Positions 45,265 to 54,513 of a stretch of 64,000 nucleotides of DNA are shown here, in pieces. Below the pieces are notes generated by a model that did not search any database, was not told the DNA's origin, and worked only from the letters and a program-made list of their open reading frames with translations. Both the position numbers and the translations under genes were made by a program. This DNA is from Woeseiaceae bacterium (lineage in GTDB: Bacteria > Pseudomonadota > Gammaproteobacteria > Steroidobacterales > Woeseiaceae): contig JBPCYD010000336.1 in assembly GCA_051007895.1 (NCBI GenBank), forward strand, positions 1,194-65,193, in the 5' to 3' direction. Each line of letters opens with the position of its first letter. Positions within the stretch are counted from its first letter, which is position 1.

Positions 45265-46005
45265 ATGAAAACACGCTTAAAAATCACCGCCATTATCCTG
45301 GCAATGGCTGGATACATACACTCGGCCAGCGCCGCGTTACCCGATCCGGGCATGGAAGTCGTAGCGGGCCGTACGGCAGTGCTAATTACGGATCCGCAAA
45401 ATGACTTCTTAAGTCCCGAAGGAGTTGCGTGGGGAGTGGTTGGCAAGAGCGTTACCGAAAACCACACGGTGGAGAATATTGACTCACTATTCAAGGCGGC
45501 GAAAGCCAATGACATGCCTGTGTTCGTTTCACCACACTACTACTACCCGACTGATCATGGCTGGCATTTCGAAGGTGCGCTTGAAGCACTGATGCACGCT
45601 ATTCATATGTTTGATCGAGAGGGCGCTCTGACGACAGATGGCTTTGAGGGTTCCGGCGCTGATTTTCTGGAGCAGTACAAGAAGTACATCAACGACGGTG
45701 CAACAGTCGTCTCGAATCCGCACAAGATCTACGGACCCGAAACCAACGACCTGGTCCTGCAACTGCGCAAGCGCGGCATAGACAAAGTCATTCTTGGCGG
45801 TATGTCGGCCAATCTCTGCACAGAATCACATATGCGCGAACTCATGGAGCAGGGTTTCGAGGTAGCCGTCGTATCTGATGCCACTGCCGCCGCGATTGTT
45901 GAAGAAGGCGATGGTTATGAGTCGGCGTTGGTGAACTTTCGGTTCATCGCGAATGCCGTCTGGTCGACCGAAGAGGCCGTTCGGAAAATAGGCGGCGCGG
46001 ATTAA
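45265..46005 (+). CDS. Secreted isochorismatase-family cysteine hydrolase
   Basis: Signal peptide MKTRLKITAIILAMAGYIHSASA. The Asp block is VLITDPQNDF and the nucleophile block is LGGMSANLCTESHMRE. GGAG lies 6 nt upstream of the ATG at 45265. Confidence 0.75.
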   Translation: MKTRLKITAIILAMAGYIHSASAALPDPGMEVVAGRTAVLITDPQNDFLSPEGVAWGVVGKSVTENHTVENIDSLFKAAKANDMPVFVSPHYYYPTDHGWHFEGALEALMHAIHMFDREGALTTDGFEGSGADFLEQYKKYINDGATVVSNPHKIYGPETNDLVLQLRKRGIDKVILGGMSANLCTESHMRELMEQGFEVAVVSDATAAAIVEEGDGYESALVNFRFIANAVWSTEEAVRKIGGAD

Positions 46006-46034
46006 TCTCACTCACCGATTTTGGAGAACTTGAA

Positions 46035-46496
46035 ATGAAAACCATATCCGGAAACGCCCACTGGCTGCTGCGCTTGGCGCTTGCAAGCGTATTCGTATTC
46101 CACGGCGTCCTCAAATTCCAGAACCTCGAGGGGTTTGCACAGATGCTGCCAATTACCTATCTGCAGACTGTCCTTGTCGCACTAGCGGAAACCGCTGGTG
46201 GCCTCCTGGTGCTACTGGGCGGGTTTCGCCGCGACGCTGTATCGGACTTCGCAACGCGCTTAGGGGCGGCCATCAATATTCCCGTTCTGATTGGCGCGAT
46301 ATACCTGGTCCATTGGGGGCGTTGGAATTTCGTACCTACTGAATCGCACCCGATGGGAGGTTTCGAGTTTCAGGCCGTTCTGCTCCTGGTCAGTTTGTTT
46401 GTTGTTATCACTGGGAATCAGGGAATAGCAGCTTCGAGCTTGCGCGTAGATGGCAATCGCCAATATTCAACCAGATCAGCTGCCGGTGCACATTAA
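46035..46496 (+). CDS. DoxX-family membrane protein
   Basis: About 4 TM helices with LLRLALASVFVFHGVLKF, typical of DoxX. Confidence 0.7.
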   Translation: MKTISGNAHWLLRLALASVFVFHGVLKFQNLEGFAQMLPITYLQTVLVALAETAGGLLVLLGGFRRDAVSDFATRLGAAINIPVLIGAIYLVHWGRWNFVPTESHPMGGFEFQAVLLLVSLFVVITGNQGIAASSLRVDGNRQYSTRSAAGAH

Positions 46497-46526
46497 CCAC
46501 TTGTCACACAACCAGGAAGAACGAAT

Positions 46527-47573
46527 ATGAGTAACAAAATTATCAACAAAATGCTGGTCGGATTGACGTTTCTGATGTTCGGCGTCGCAATTGCAGGGTC
46601 AGAAGCAGCGGCAGCAAACGCCTTTGGTATTTCGTACCGTACGGTAGAAGTGGACGGTGTAGAGATCTTCTACCGCGAAGCTGGCAATCCGGAACGCCCT
46701 ACTCTTTTGTTGCTACATGGATTTCCAACGTCGTCCCACATGTTTCGAGACCTTATACCGAGACTGGCAAACGAATATCACCTGGTCGCACTGGACTATC
46801 CCGGATACGGCTTCAGCTCGATGCCAACTGTCGAGGACTTTGACTATTCATTCGAAAATATTGCGACCCTCGTGTCCCGCTTTACGGACGAGCTAGCTCT
46901 GGATCGATTCAGCCTCTACCTGATGGACTACGGTGCGCCGATCGGATTTCGCGTGGCGGCTGCAAACCCTGAACGAGTTGATTCCCTGATTATCCAGAAT
47001 GGGAACGCCTACGATGAAGGCATTGATAACAACTTCTGGGAACCAATTAAAGCGTACTGGAAAGACCGCGCCGCCGTTAACCAGGGCCTCGACAATGACT
47101 GGTGGAAAAACGTCAAAGCAGCGTATCAGCAACCGGTGATGGCGAACGAAGACGCGCTTCGATTCCTGGTCACGCTCGGTGCCACCCAGTGGCAATACAC
47201 CAACGGCGTGAGAGATGTCGAATCCGTCAGCCCGGACACCTGGGACCACGTACAGCCGCTACTGGATCGAGCCGGCAATGAAGATATCCAACTGCAGATG
47301 TTCTACAGCTACGGCTCCAATCCGCCCCTATATCCCGTCTGGCAGGACTACCTGCGGAAGTATCAGCCACCTACACTAATTGTCTGGGGCAAGAACGACG
47401 AGATATTTCCGGCCGCTGGCGCAGAGCCCTACAAAAGGGACTTGCGGGACGTCGAGTACCACTTGATCGACACAGGACACTTCGCACTGGAAACGCATGG
47501 CCAGGAAATCGCTGACCTGATGCGTGATTTTCTTAACCGAAAGGTTGATAGCGTCCCCCTGGCGGCGAAATGA
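46527..47573 (+). CDS. Secreted alpha/beta hydrolase (epoxide hydrolase/haloalkane dehalogenase-like)
   Basis: Signal peptide, [19 protein letters not shown] oxyanion-hole block, nucleophile elbow LMDYGAP (Asp type), C-terminal DTGHFALE. Confidence 0.75.
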   Translation: MSNKIINKMLVGLTFLMFGVAIAGSEAAAANAFGISYRTVEVDGVEIFYREAGNPERPTLLLLHGFPTSSHMFRDLIPRLANEYHLVALDYPGYGFSSMPTVEDFDYSFENIATLVSRFTDELALDRFSLYLMDYGAPIGFRVAAANPERVDSLIIQNGNAYDEGIDNNFWEPIKAYWKDRAAVNQGLDNDWWKNVKAAYQQPVMANEDALRFLVTLGATQWQYTNGVRDVESVSPDTWDHVQPLLDRAGNEDIQLQMFYSYGSNPPLYPVWQDYLRKYQPPTLIVWGKNDEIFPAAGAEPYKRDLRDVEYHLIDTGHFALETHGQEIADLMRDFLNRKVDSVPLAAK

Positions 47574-47586
47574 AGCCATCGCCTGT

Positions 47587-47617
47587 GCGGCCGTGCATTG
47601 CGCGGCCGCCATTTTTT
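47587..47617 (+). terminator. Rho-independent terminator ending the sigma-54 operon
   Basis: GCGGCCG (47587-47593) pairs with CGGCCGC (47603-47609) and is followed by CATTTTTT (T-run 47612-47617). Confidence 0.7.
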
Positions 47618-47630
47618 GAGACTTGAGGCC

Positions 47631-48206
47631 ATGACACACAAATTTGCCGATCTAACCTTTACGGAAAGCGTAAAAGCGGCCCAAGACCAATATGGGTCCC
47701 GTGCTCATAATGATCGCCTGCAATCCAATTTCGGTCCGAATGATGCATTGACTGCGAAGGAAATCGATTTCATTCAGCGGCGCGACTCGTTCTATCTGTC
47801 AACTGTAAGCGAGACCGGCTGGCCATACGTGCAGCACCGCGGTGGTCCGCCAGGATTTCTCAAGGTCGTCTCATCCAACCGGCTAGCCTACGCAGACTTT
47901 CGTGGCAATACCCAGTTAATTACTGTCGGTAATGCTAAAAGGAACGATAAATGCTCAATAATACTCATGGACTATGCGAGACGCCGCCGACTCAAGATAC
48001 TTGGTCATTTACGTGTGGAGGCGAGCGCGTCCGTCGATGACGCTACACTTAAATCGGTAGCATTACCCGGCTATCGTGCTCAGGTGGAACGTGTCTTCAT
48101 TATTGACGTCGCTGCGTACGACTGGAACTGTCCGCAGCACATTACGCAGCGATATACGGTATCCGAGTTCAATGAAAAATTCGGCCTGGATCAAACGAAC
48201 GAATAA
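47631..48206 (+). CDS. Pyridoxamine 5-phosphate oxidase-family (FMN-binding split barrel) protein
   Basis: RRDSFYLSTVSETGWPYVQHRGGPPGFLKV block. The ATG at 47631 lies downstream of the terminator, whereas the track start at 47598 would fall inside the hairpin. Confidence 0.7.
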   Translation: MTHKFADLTFTESVKAAQDQYGSRAHNDRLQSNFGPNDALTAKEIDFIQRRDSFYLSTVSETGWPYVQHRGGPPGFLKVVSSNRLAYADFRGNTQLITVGNAKRNDKCSIILMDYARRRRLKILGHLRVEASASVDDATLKSVALPGYRAQVERVFIIDVAAYDWNCPQHITQRYTVSEFNEKFGLDQTNE

Positions 48207-48255
48207 CCTTGCAGTTATTCTGACCTGAAGTTTCTATTACAAGAAGGTTTCTCAA

Positions 48256-49632
48256 ATGCAGCAGAAATACGACGCCATAATAATCGGCACCGGCCAGGCC
48301 GGACCTGCACTTGCCGGTCGTCTGAACCGGGAAGGTCTAAAGACCGCGATCATTGAGCGCCATCGCGTTGGTGGAACGTGTGTCAACGTAGGATGCATAC
48401 CGACGAAAGCCCTTATCGGTAGTGCCAGGGCGGCGCGCATGGCGCACCAGGGAGAGGCGTTCGGCGTGTCGATTGACGGTGATGTAACTGTCGATATGCA
48501 AAAAGTCAAAGCGCGTAAAGATGAAATCTCCGGTTCCTCGAATCAGGGTGTGACCGATTGGCTTAGCAGTATGGAAAATGTCGATCTTATTATGGGACAT
48601 GCGCGCTTCCTTGATGCCTCCACCGTTGAAGTCAATGGCGATAAGTTGCTGGCTGACAAGGTATTTATCAATGTTGGGGCCAGGGCGCGAATTCCGGACT
48701 GGAAAGGACTGGAAGCCGTTCCTTACCTGACCAATTCCAGCATTATGGACGTTGATTTTCTGCCCGAGCACCTGGTCATCATTGGCGGCAGTTACATTGG
48801 TCTGGAGTTCGCGCAGATGTACCGTCGGTTCGGCAGCAAAGTCACTGTTGTTGAAATGGCCGACCGCATTATCGGCCGTGATGACAATGATGTATCAGAT
48901 GCTGTACTGGAGATTCTGGAAGGAGAAGGCGTCGAAATTCGGTTGGGCGCTGACTGCATTGAGGCGCGCAAGACCGAGTCCGGAGTCGCCGTTCGTGCAG
49001 ATTGCAGTGATCACTTCGAGGAAATAGAAGGATCGCACATGCTGCTCGCCGTTGGACGCATTCCGAATACCGATGATCTTGGTCTGGAGAATGCCGGTGT
49101 CGACACAAATCGATTTGGCTACATCGAAGTCGATGACCACTTGCACACGAGCGCACCTGACATCTGGGCACTTGGCGACGTGAATGGCCGCGGCGCATTT
49201 ACCCATACCGCCTACAACGACTTTGAGATTGTCGCAGCCAACCTGTTTGACGGCGATCCTCGAAAAGTCTCCGATCGGATTCTCAGTTACGGCTTGTATA
49301 CGGACCCGCCGTTGGGACGAATTGGCATGACCGAACGCGAGGTTCGCGAGTCCGGGCGAAAGGCCTTGATAGGCAAGCGCATGATGACGCGCGTGGGCCG
49401 CGCCCGGGAATTCGGCGATACGCGTGGCTTCATGAAAATAATCGTCGATGCCGAAAATGACGAAATACTCGGCGCCGCCATGCTCGGAATGAATGGCGAC
49501 GAGGTGGTCCACGGACTACTCGACATCATGTATGCGAAAAAACCTTATACGGTCATATCGCGCGCCGTCCATATCCATCCGACCGTGTCTGAGCTGATCC
49601 CAACGGTATTGCAGGAAATGCAGCCTTTGTAG
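48256..49632 (+). CDS. Class I FAD-dependent pyridine nucleotide-disulfide oxidoreductase (mercuric/glutathione reductase-like)
   Basis: GTGQAG FAD fold, redox-active GGTCVNVGCIPTK, second Rossmann IIGGSYIGLE, dimerisation-domain HIHPTVSE. Confidence 0.8.
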   Translation: MQQKYDAIIIGTGQAGPALAGRLNREGLKTAIIERHRVGGTCVNVGCIPTKALIGSARAARMAHQGEAFGVSIDGDVTVDMQKVKARKDEISGSSNQGVTDWLSSMENVDLIMGHARFLDASTVEVNGDKLLADKVFINVGARARIPDWKGLEAVPYLTNSSIMDVDFLPEHLVIIGGSYIGLEFAQMYRRFGSKVTVVEMADRIIGRDDNDVSDAVLEILEGEGVEIRLGADCIEARKTESGVAVRADCSDHFEEIEGSHMLLAVGRIPNTDDLGLENAGVDTNRFGYIEVDDHLHTSAPDIWALGDVNGRGAFTHTAYNDFEIVAANLFDGDPRKVSDRILSYGLYTDPPLGRIGMTEREVRESGRKALIGKRMMTRVGRAREFGDTRGFMKIIVDAENDEILGAAMLGMNGDEVVHGLLDIMYAKKPYTVISRAVHIHPTVSELIPTVLQEMQPL

Positions 49633-49785
49633 CCAGCGCGACCCCGATGTCTGCGCGGATCAATACGCCCGCTCATTCATGATTTACTGTATCGCCTGGC
49701 GCCGCGATACCGGACATTGGAGCTCGTCTGTAGCGCCCCTGTCAGCGGACTGAATCAACTATACTGCAACAAAATTCTCCGGGTG

Positions 49786-50841
49786 ATGCGGATGGAATAC
49801 GTCTACAACTTTTTTCAGATTTTCATCATAGGAGTCTTGCTGGGGGTTGGTATAAAGTTTGCCAATCAGAGGCTGGTTGCACATTATGAAGGTCGCACAC
49901 ACCTGACTTTCCGGCGCCAGCTTATCCAGATTGGCGGCATCATTCTCGCGGTCCTGCTGGTAATTCTGTTTATGCCATTCGGCGACGTGCTGCGTGGCCA
50001 GTTGTTGAGCCTGTTCGGCCTGATCATTAGCGCGACTATTGCACTCTCGTCGACGACGCTGGTGGGCAACGCAATGGCCGGAATCATGCTCAAGTCAATT
50101 GGCAGCTGCCGTCCGGGCAATTACATTACGGTCGGCGATCACTTCGGCAGAATTTCAGAGATGGACTTACTGCATACTGAAATTCAGACTGAAGAACGAG
50201 ACCTGACAACGCTCCCGAATCTCTACCTTATTACGAACCCCGTGCGCGTGATGCGGGAGTCAGGCACGGTTTTGTTTGTCGAGTTATCGCTCGGCTACGA
50301 CGTTTCCAGGCACGTCGTCGAGGAATTGCTAGTAGAGGCTGCAAAAGCATGTTCGCTTGAAAGTCCTTTTGTACAGATACGTAACCTTGGAGATTACTCG
50401 GTTACTTACCGAATCTCCGGTCTGCTGCGGGAGATTAACAGGCTGCTGGACAAGCGCAGGGAATTGCGACGCCGAACCATGGATGCTCTCCACGCCGAGG
50501 GCATTGAGATTGTCTCGCCGACATTTATGAACACACGCAGCCTGTCGAAAACAGCTCCGGTCATTCCCGATGGGGCCGAAAGCGCTGAAACCGCAGTGCC
50601 TAAGCAATCAACTGACGCATTAGTTTTTGACAAGGCCGAGAAAGCCGAATCGCTTGAGCGCCTTCGCGAAAAACTTGCGGATATTGATACCCGGATCAGT
50701 TCGGCGAAAAACATTCTGGAGGAGCCCGGCAACGAACAAACGGTATTGGCTGCTGAGAGAGAAATCGAAGACCTTGAGAAACGGAAGAACAGAATTCAAT
50801 CGCTGATCGACCGAAAAGAGGCAAAGATCTCGGCATCTTGA
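49786..50841 (+). CDS. MscS-family small mechanosensitive channel with C-terminal coiled coil
   Basis: Three TM helices, the GNAMAGIMLK pore helix, then VGDHFGRISEMDLLHTEIQT beta-domain. The start is ATG at 49786 or 49792. Confidence 0.7.
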   Translation: MRMEYVYNFFQIFIIGVLLGVGIKFANQRLVAHYEGRTHLTFRRQLIQIGGIILAVLLVILFMPFGDVLRGQLLSLFGLIISATIALSSTTLVGNAMAGIMLKSIGSCRPGNYITVGDHFGRISEMDLLHTEIQTEERDLTTLPNLYLITNPVRVMRESGTVLFVELSLGYDVSRHVVEELLVEAAKACSLESPFVQIRNLGDYSVTYRISGLLREINRLLDKRRELRRRTMDALHAEGIEIVSPTFMNTRSLSKTAPVIPDGAESAETAVPKQSTDALVFDKAEKAESLERLREKLADIDTRISSAKNILEEPGNEQTVLAAEREIEDLEKRKNRIQSLIDRKEAKISAS

Positions 50842-50905
50842 ACCGGATGTTCAACAGGTATGGGATACAGCTAAAGCTTGGCAATTGCCCGCCGATAACC
50901 CGAGC

Positions 50906-51088
50906 ATGCATTCAGTAACCGACAACAATATAGGGGATACGGTACGCATCCGTCGCCCGGCACGAATTACGACTGACGAGATCGGTCGCAATACCTGGAT
51001 GGGCGATGTAGATCCGCATCCTCTGGAACTCGTGGTCGAAGAAAATAACGACCCTTACAACAGTACGGCTCCAGACTGGGAGCACTAG
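50906..51088 (+). CDS. Small hypothetical protein (weak call)
   Basis: 60-aa ORF in an otherwise empty 375-nt gap. Acidic, with no motif recognised and no convincing RBS. Confidence 0.25.
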   Translation: MHSVTDNNIGDTVRIRRPARITTDEIGRNTWMGDVDPHPLELVVEENNDPYNSTAPDWEH

Positions 51089-51215
51089 CATTTTTTGCTC
51101 CGCATTCCACTGCGGGGCAGCACTCGTTATTCCGCCGAACGTTCACTAACTGTCCATGATATTTCCGATACGCTAGACTCCTGTGCAACATTCGCACAAA
51201 AGGATTCCATCGGTG

Positions 51216-52022
51216 ATGCGCTCAATTCTCACTGCTATTCTCGTCACTTTGAGCGGCCTCGCCGCGGCTGAAACAGTTCTGGTGACCGGGTCTAATCGCG
51301 GCATCGGTCTTGAGCTGGTGTCTCAGTACGCCGCGGACGGCTGGGACGTCATCGCAACCAGTCGTTCTCCCCATGACGATTCAGAGCTCCAGGAACTCGC
51401 ACAGGAACGAGAAAATGTCACGATTGAAACTCTGGACGTGACAAATATGGAGCAGATCGCGGCGCTCGCAAGGAAACTTGAAGGAACGCCGATCGACGTA
51501 CTGATTAACAACGCCGGCTTACTCGGCGGCAGGCCAGGCCAGGATTGGGGGAACCTGAGTCCGGATCTTTTCTCTGAGCTAATGGCAGTGAATGTGTTCG
51601 GACCGATGAAGGTATCCGAAGCATTCGCCGATCACGTGGCCACAAGTGGCCAAAAGAAAATTATCGTTATCTCCAGCACCATTGGTTCGATTTCGAGAAT
51701 GAAGAATCCGACACCCTTCCCGATACTCGCTACCAGTAAAGCAGCGGTCAATATGGCGATGCGTACCGTTGCGATGCAGTTGAAAGAGCAGGACGTTACG
51801 GTCGCTATGCTCATGCCTGGAGTCGTGCGGACGCGCATGATGTACCAGGCTGGAGGCATGTCTCTTGAGGAGGCCAGCAGACAGACGGAATTCGAATTCG
51901 ATCGACCGGGGACCATCACTGCCCAGGAAAGCGCGATACGCATCAAAAACGTAGTTGCGTCGATTGACGGCTCGGAAACCGGGGTTTTTCTGAACAACGA
52001 CGGCTCACACATCGACTGGTAG
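51216..52022 (+). CDS. SDR-family oxidoreductase with hydrophobic N-terminal leader
   Basis: VLVTGSNRGIGLE cofactor motif, NNAG, ISSTIGS, ATSKAAVNM. The N-terminal MRSILTAILVTLSGLAAA looks like a signal peptide or anchor. Confidence 0.7.
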   Translation: MRSILTAILVTLSGLAAAETVLVTGSNRGIGLELVSQYAADGWDVIATSRSPHDDSELQELAQERENVTIETLDVTNMEQIAALARKLEGTPIDVLINNAGLLGGRPGQDWGNLSPDLFSELMAVNVFGPMKVSEAFADHVATSGQKKIIVISSTIGSISRMKNPTPFPILATSKAAVNMAMRTVAMQLKEQDVTVAMLMPGVVRTRMMYQAGGMSLEEASRQTEFEFDRPGTITAQESAIRIKNVVASIDGSETGVFLNNDGSHIDW

Positions 52023-52036
52023 GCCTGGCGATCCAG

Positions 52037-52624
52037 CTAGTCCGTCGTTCCTGGGTTTTTCTCAAAGCAGGCATGCAGCAATGTCCTGAGCTGGTCACTT
52101 CCCATGTTGTTCATTCGTTCAATATTGCGTTGCGGGACCTGGTCAATATCCCGATAACCGGCTATCGCTCGCTCAAGGCTCTCCTCGCGCAACAGGTGCA
52201 ACATCGGATAAGGTGACCGGTTTGTGAAATTCTCGGCGTCTTGGGCATGCGTTCCGCCAAACTGGTAACTGGGATGAAAACTTGCAATTTGATAGACGCC
52301 ATCCAGGTTCATTTCGATGAGCAATCTATCGGCGAGATCCAGAAACTGGTTGTAGTCGAAGAAATCCTGCAGCACGAATGGATGAATCAACAGCGTCGTT
52401 TCGACACCGGTGTTGCCGGTCAGAAACGCCAGCTCGAATTGTAGTGCTTCCAGCAGACCTTCCTCCGAACGCTGATCCGTGGTCGAGAAACGAACACGAT
52501 CTGCATCAAGCTCACGTTTGGCAAACGGGCAGAGGTTGAGACCAACAACGACCGAACTAACCCATGTACGAACAGCGTTTTCTACCTGCTCCTTTTGCAT
52601 TGAATCAGTATTTTGCTGTCGCAT
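52037..52624 (-). CDS. DUF1415 protein
   Basis: VVGLNLCPFAKREL block and a size typical of DUF1415. The start is uncertain (ATG at 52624 or 52600; track start 52693). Confidence 0.55.
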   Translation of the reverse strand: MRQQNTDSMQKEQVENAVRTWVSSVVVGLNLCPFAKRELDADRVRFSTTDQRSEEGLLEALQFELAFLTGNTGVETTLLIHPFVLQDFFDYNQFLDLADRLLIEMNLDGVYQIASFHPSYQFGGTHAQDAENFTNRSPYPMLHLLREESLERAIAGYRDIDQVPQRNIERMNNMGSDQLRTLLHACFEKNPGTTD

Positions 52625-52728
52625 CAGCGGAATCGGACCTCGTAGCAACTCCGGACCTCGATACGTTGCTGCAAATCTCTGCCGAAACGGCATTAGCCAC
52701 TATTGAGCGAAAAAGCGCTTTCTCCAAT

Positions 52729-53175
52729 TCACCGGGATTCCGTTTCATTCGCTTCCGACCAGGCCCCGAAGCCACCATCGAGGTATAGCGGATCTCGTAT
52801 GCCCATATCTTTGGCGACTTTAGCAGCCAGTAGCGAACGCCCGCCGGTGGCACAGTAGAAGATCACACGCTTGCCGGAGCTGAATATGTCCATGTGCATG
52901 GAACTCTTAGGATCTATGTAGAACTCGAGGACGCCGCGAGGAACGTGTACCGAACCCTCTATTTCACCGAGCCGATCAATCTCGTCTTTTTCCCGTACAT
53001 CGACGAATACTGTGGAATCATCGCGGACGAGATTCTGTGCATCTTCCATGTTGATCGCAGAAACGGCTGCTTCGGCTTCTGCTTTGTAGTCAGCGACACT
53101 CTTGATTGCCTGCGCCGAACAGGTACCGCTCGCAAATATCAAACTCGTCGCAAATATATAAACGGCTAGCTTCAT
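52729..53175 (-). CDS. Periplasmic rhodanese-domain sulfurtransferase
   Basis: Signal peptide MKLAVYIFATSLIFASGTCSA, rhodanese fold with active-site loop FYCATGGRS. Confidence 0.75.
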   Translation of the reverse strand: MKLAVYIFATSLIFASGTCSAQAIKSVADYKAEAEAAVSAINMEDAQNLVRDDSTVFVDVREKDEIDRLGEIEGSVHVPRGVLEFYIDPKSSMHMDIFSSGKRVIFYCATGGRSLLAAKVAKDMGIRDPLYLDGGFGAWSEANETESR

Positions 53176-53376
53176 GGTGTTACCTGGCCTGTCGAGCCCT
53201 GGAAAGTTGAACAGGGAATATATCAGGGCGATCATGAATTTCCGACTTCGACTGCGAGAGTAACTTACGCCACTCCTGCTCGGGGATTAATTGCCATGGA
53301 ACTCGTCCACAGCAGTTGTCCCGCTGTGAACCAATGCTATTCTGTCAGCGCTAATGAACTATATGCGAGCGCGCCC

Positions 53377-54450
53377 ATGAATCTGGCCTTAACACTTGCG
53401 GCACTGGCCGCGGCGAGTGCTGCAGATATGCAGTCAATAGTAGACCAGTTCCGGGTGGACCAGCAGATTCCCGGCGTGAGCGTCGTCGTCACGCAAGAAG
53501 ATGATGTGCTATTTGCCGGCGGCAGTGGCTTCGCTGACCTGGAAACTGACCGGCCGATGACGCCCGATACGATCCTGTATGCGGGCTCTTTGTCCAAAAT
53601 CTATACCGGCGTGCTGACCTTGAACCTGGCCGCGAAAGGCAGGCTGGAGCTTGATGCCCCAGTTGCGGGCATTGGCGTGACTCCGGATCGGAGTGATAGC
53701 CGAATTACCGTTCGACATCTCCTGACACATGCCTCCGGACTCGACAGGGAAGGTGATTTCGGCTACTGGTTCAGCGCAAAATTTCCGGACGACCGTGCGC
53801 TTGCCAGCTACCTGGCGGCGACTGAACTGCGCTCTGTGCCGGGAGAAGAATTCCACTATTCCAACATTGGCTACGCAATGCTCGGCACTGTCGCCGCGCG
53901 TGCCACTGGCCAAAGCTACAATGACGCACTTCACGAACGTGTACTGCAGCCGCTTGGCCTGAACTCGTCGGGATCTCCCGGGCCGGTCACGGATATGGCG
54001 GTCGGCTATTCTCCGGTCAACCGCGTCATTCCAAGCAGGGAGCGACCTTTTGCAGGACTAGGTCGACAGGTCGGCGATCGTTACGTCCGTGAATATCACG
54101 ACGCCAAAGCGATGACGCCCGCATTCGGTATCTACACGACTGCGAATGATTTGAGTCTGCTTGCTCGCTTTTTACTCGGTTTCGGAGGAAACGCCGTTTT
54201 ATCCGACACATTGCGTTCACAAATGCTGTCAGCACAGGACTCGGGATGGGGCTTGGGGATCAAGATCGATCGGCTGATGGGTCGCCCTGTGGCGCGGCAC
54301 AGCGGATGGTTTGCAGCCCACAAATCCCACCTGCTTCTGGATCTTCAGTCAGGTATCGCAGTTGTTGTAATGGCCAACGCCGATAGCGCTGCGCCAGCCG
54401 CCATCGCGGAGACGCTTGTCAGCAGCGCACTGGGCCTGACAACGCAATAG
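53377..54450 (+). CDS. Serine hydrolase of the beta-lactamase/PBP (class C-like) family
   Basis: Signal-like N-terminus, SxxK motif (AGSLSKIYTG), a YSN motif (FHYSNIGY) and an HSG motif (ARHSGWFAAH). Confidence 0.75.
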   Translation: MNLALTLAALAAASAADMQSIVDQFRVDQQIPGVSVVVTQEDDVLFAGGSGFADLETDRPMTPDTILYAGSLSKIYTGVLTLNLAAKGRLELDAPVAGIGVTPDRSDSRITVRHLLTHASGLDREGDFGYWFSAKFPDDRALASYLAATELRSVPGEEFHYSNIGYAMLGTVAARATGQSYNDALHERVLQPLGLNSSGSPGPVTDMAVGYSPVNRVIPSRERPFAGLGRQVGDRYVREYHDAKAMTPAFGIYTTANDLSLLARFLLGFGGNAVLSDTLRSQMLSAQDSGWGLGIKIDRLMGRPVARHSGWFAAHKSHLLLDLQSGIAVVVMANADSAAPAAIAETLVSSALGLTTQ

Positions 54451-54513
54451 GCTGCACGGCATCGTTTCCGAACGTTGAAAGCGGATATTCAGCTGACTAT
54501 GCGCGCACCCCCC

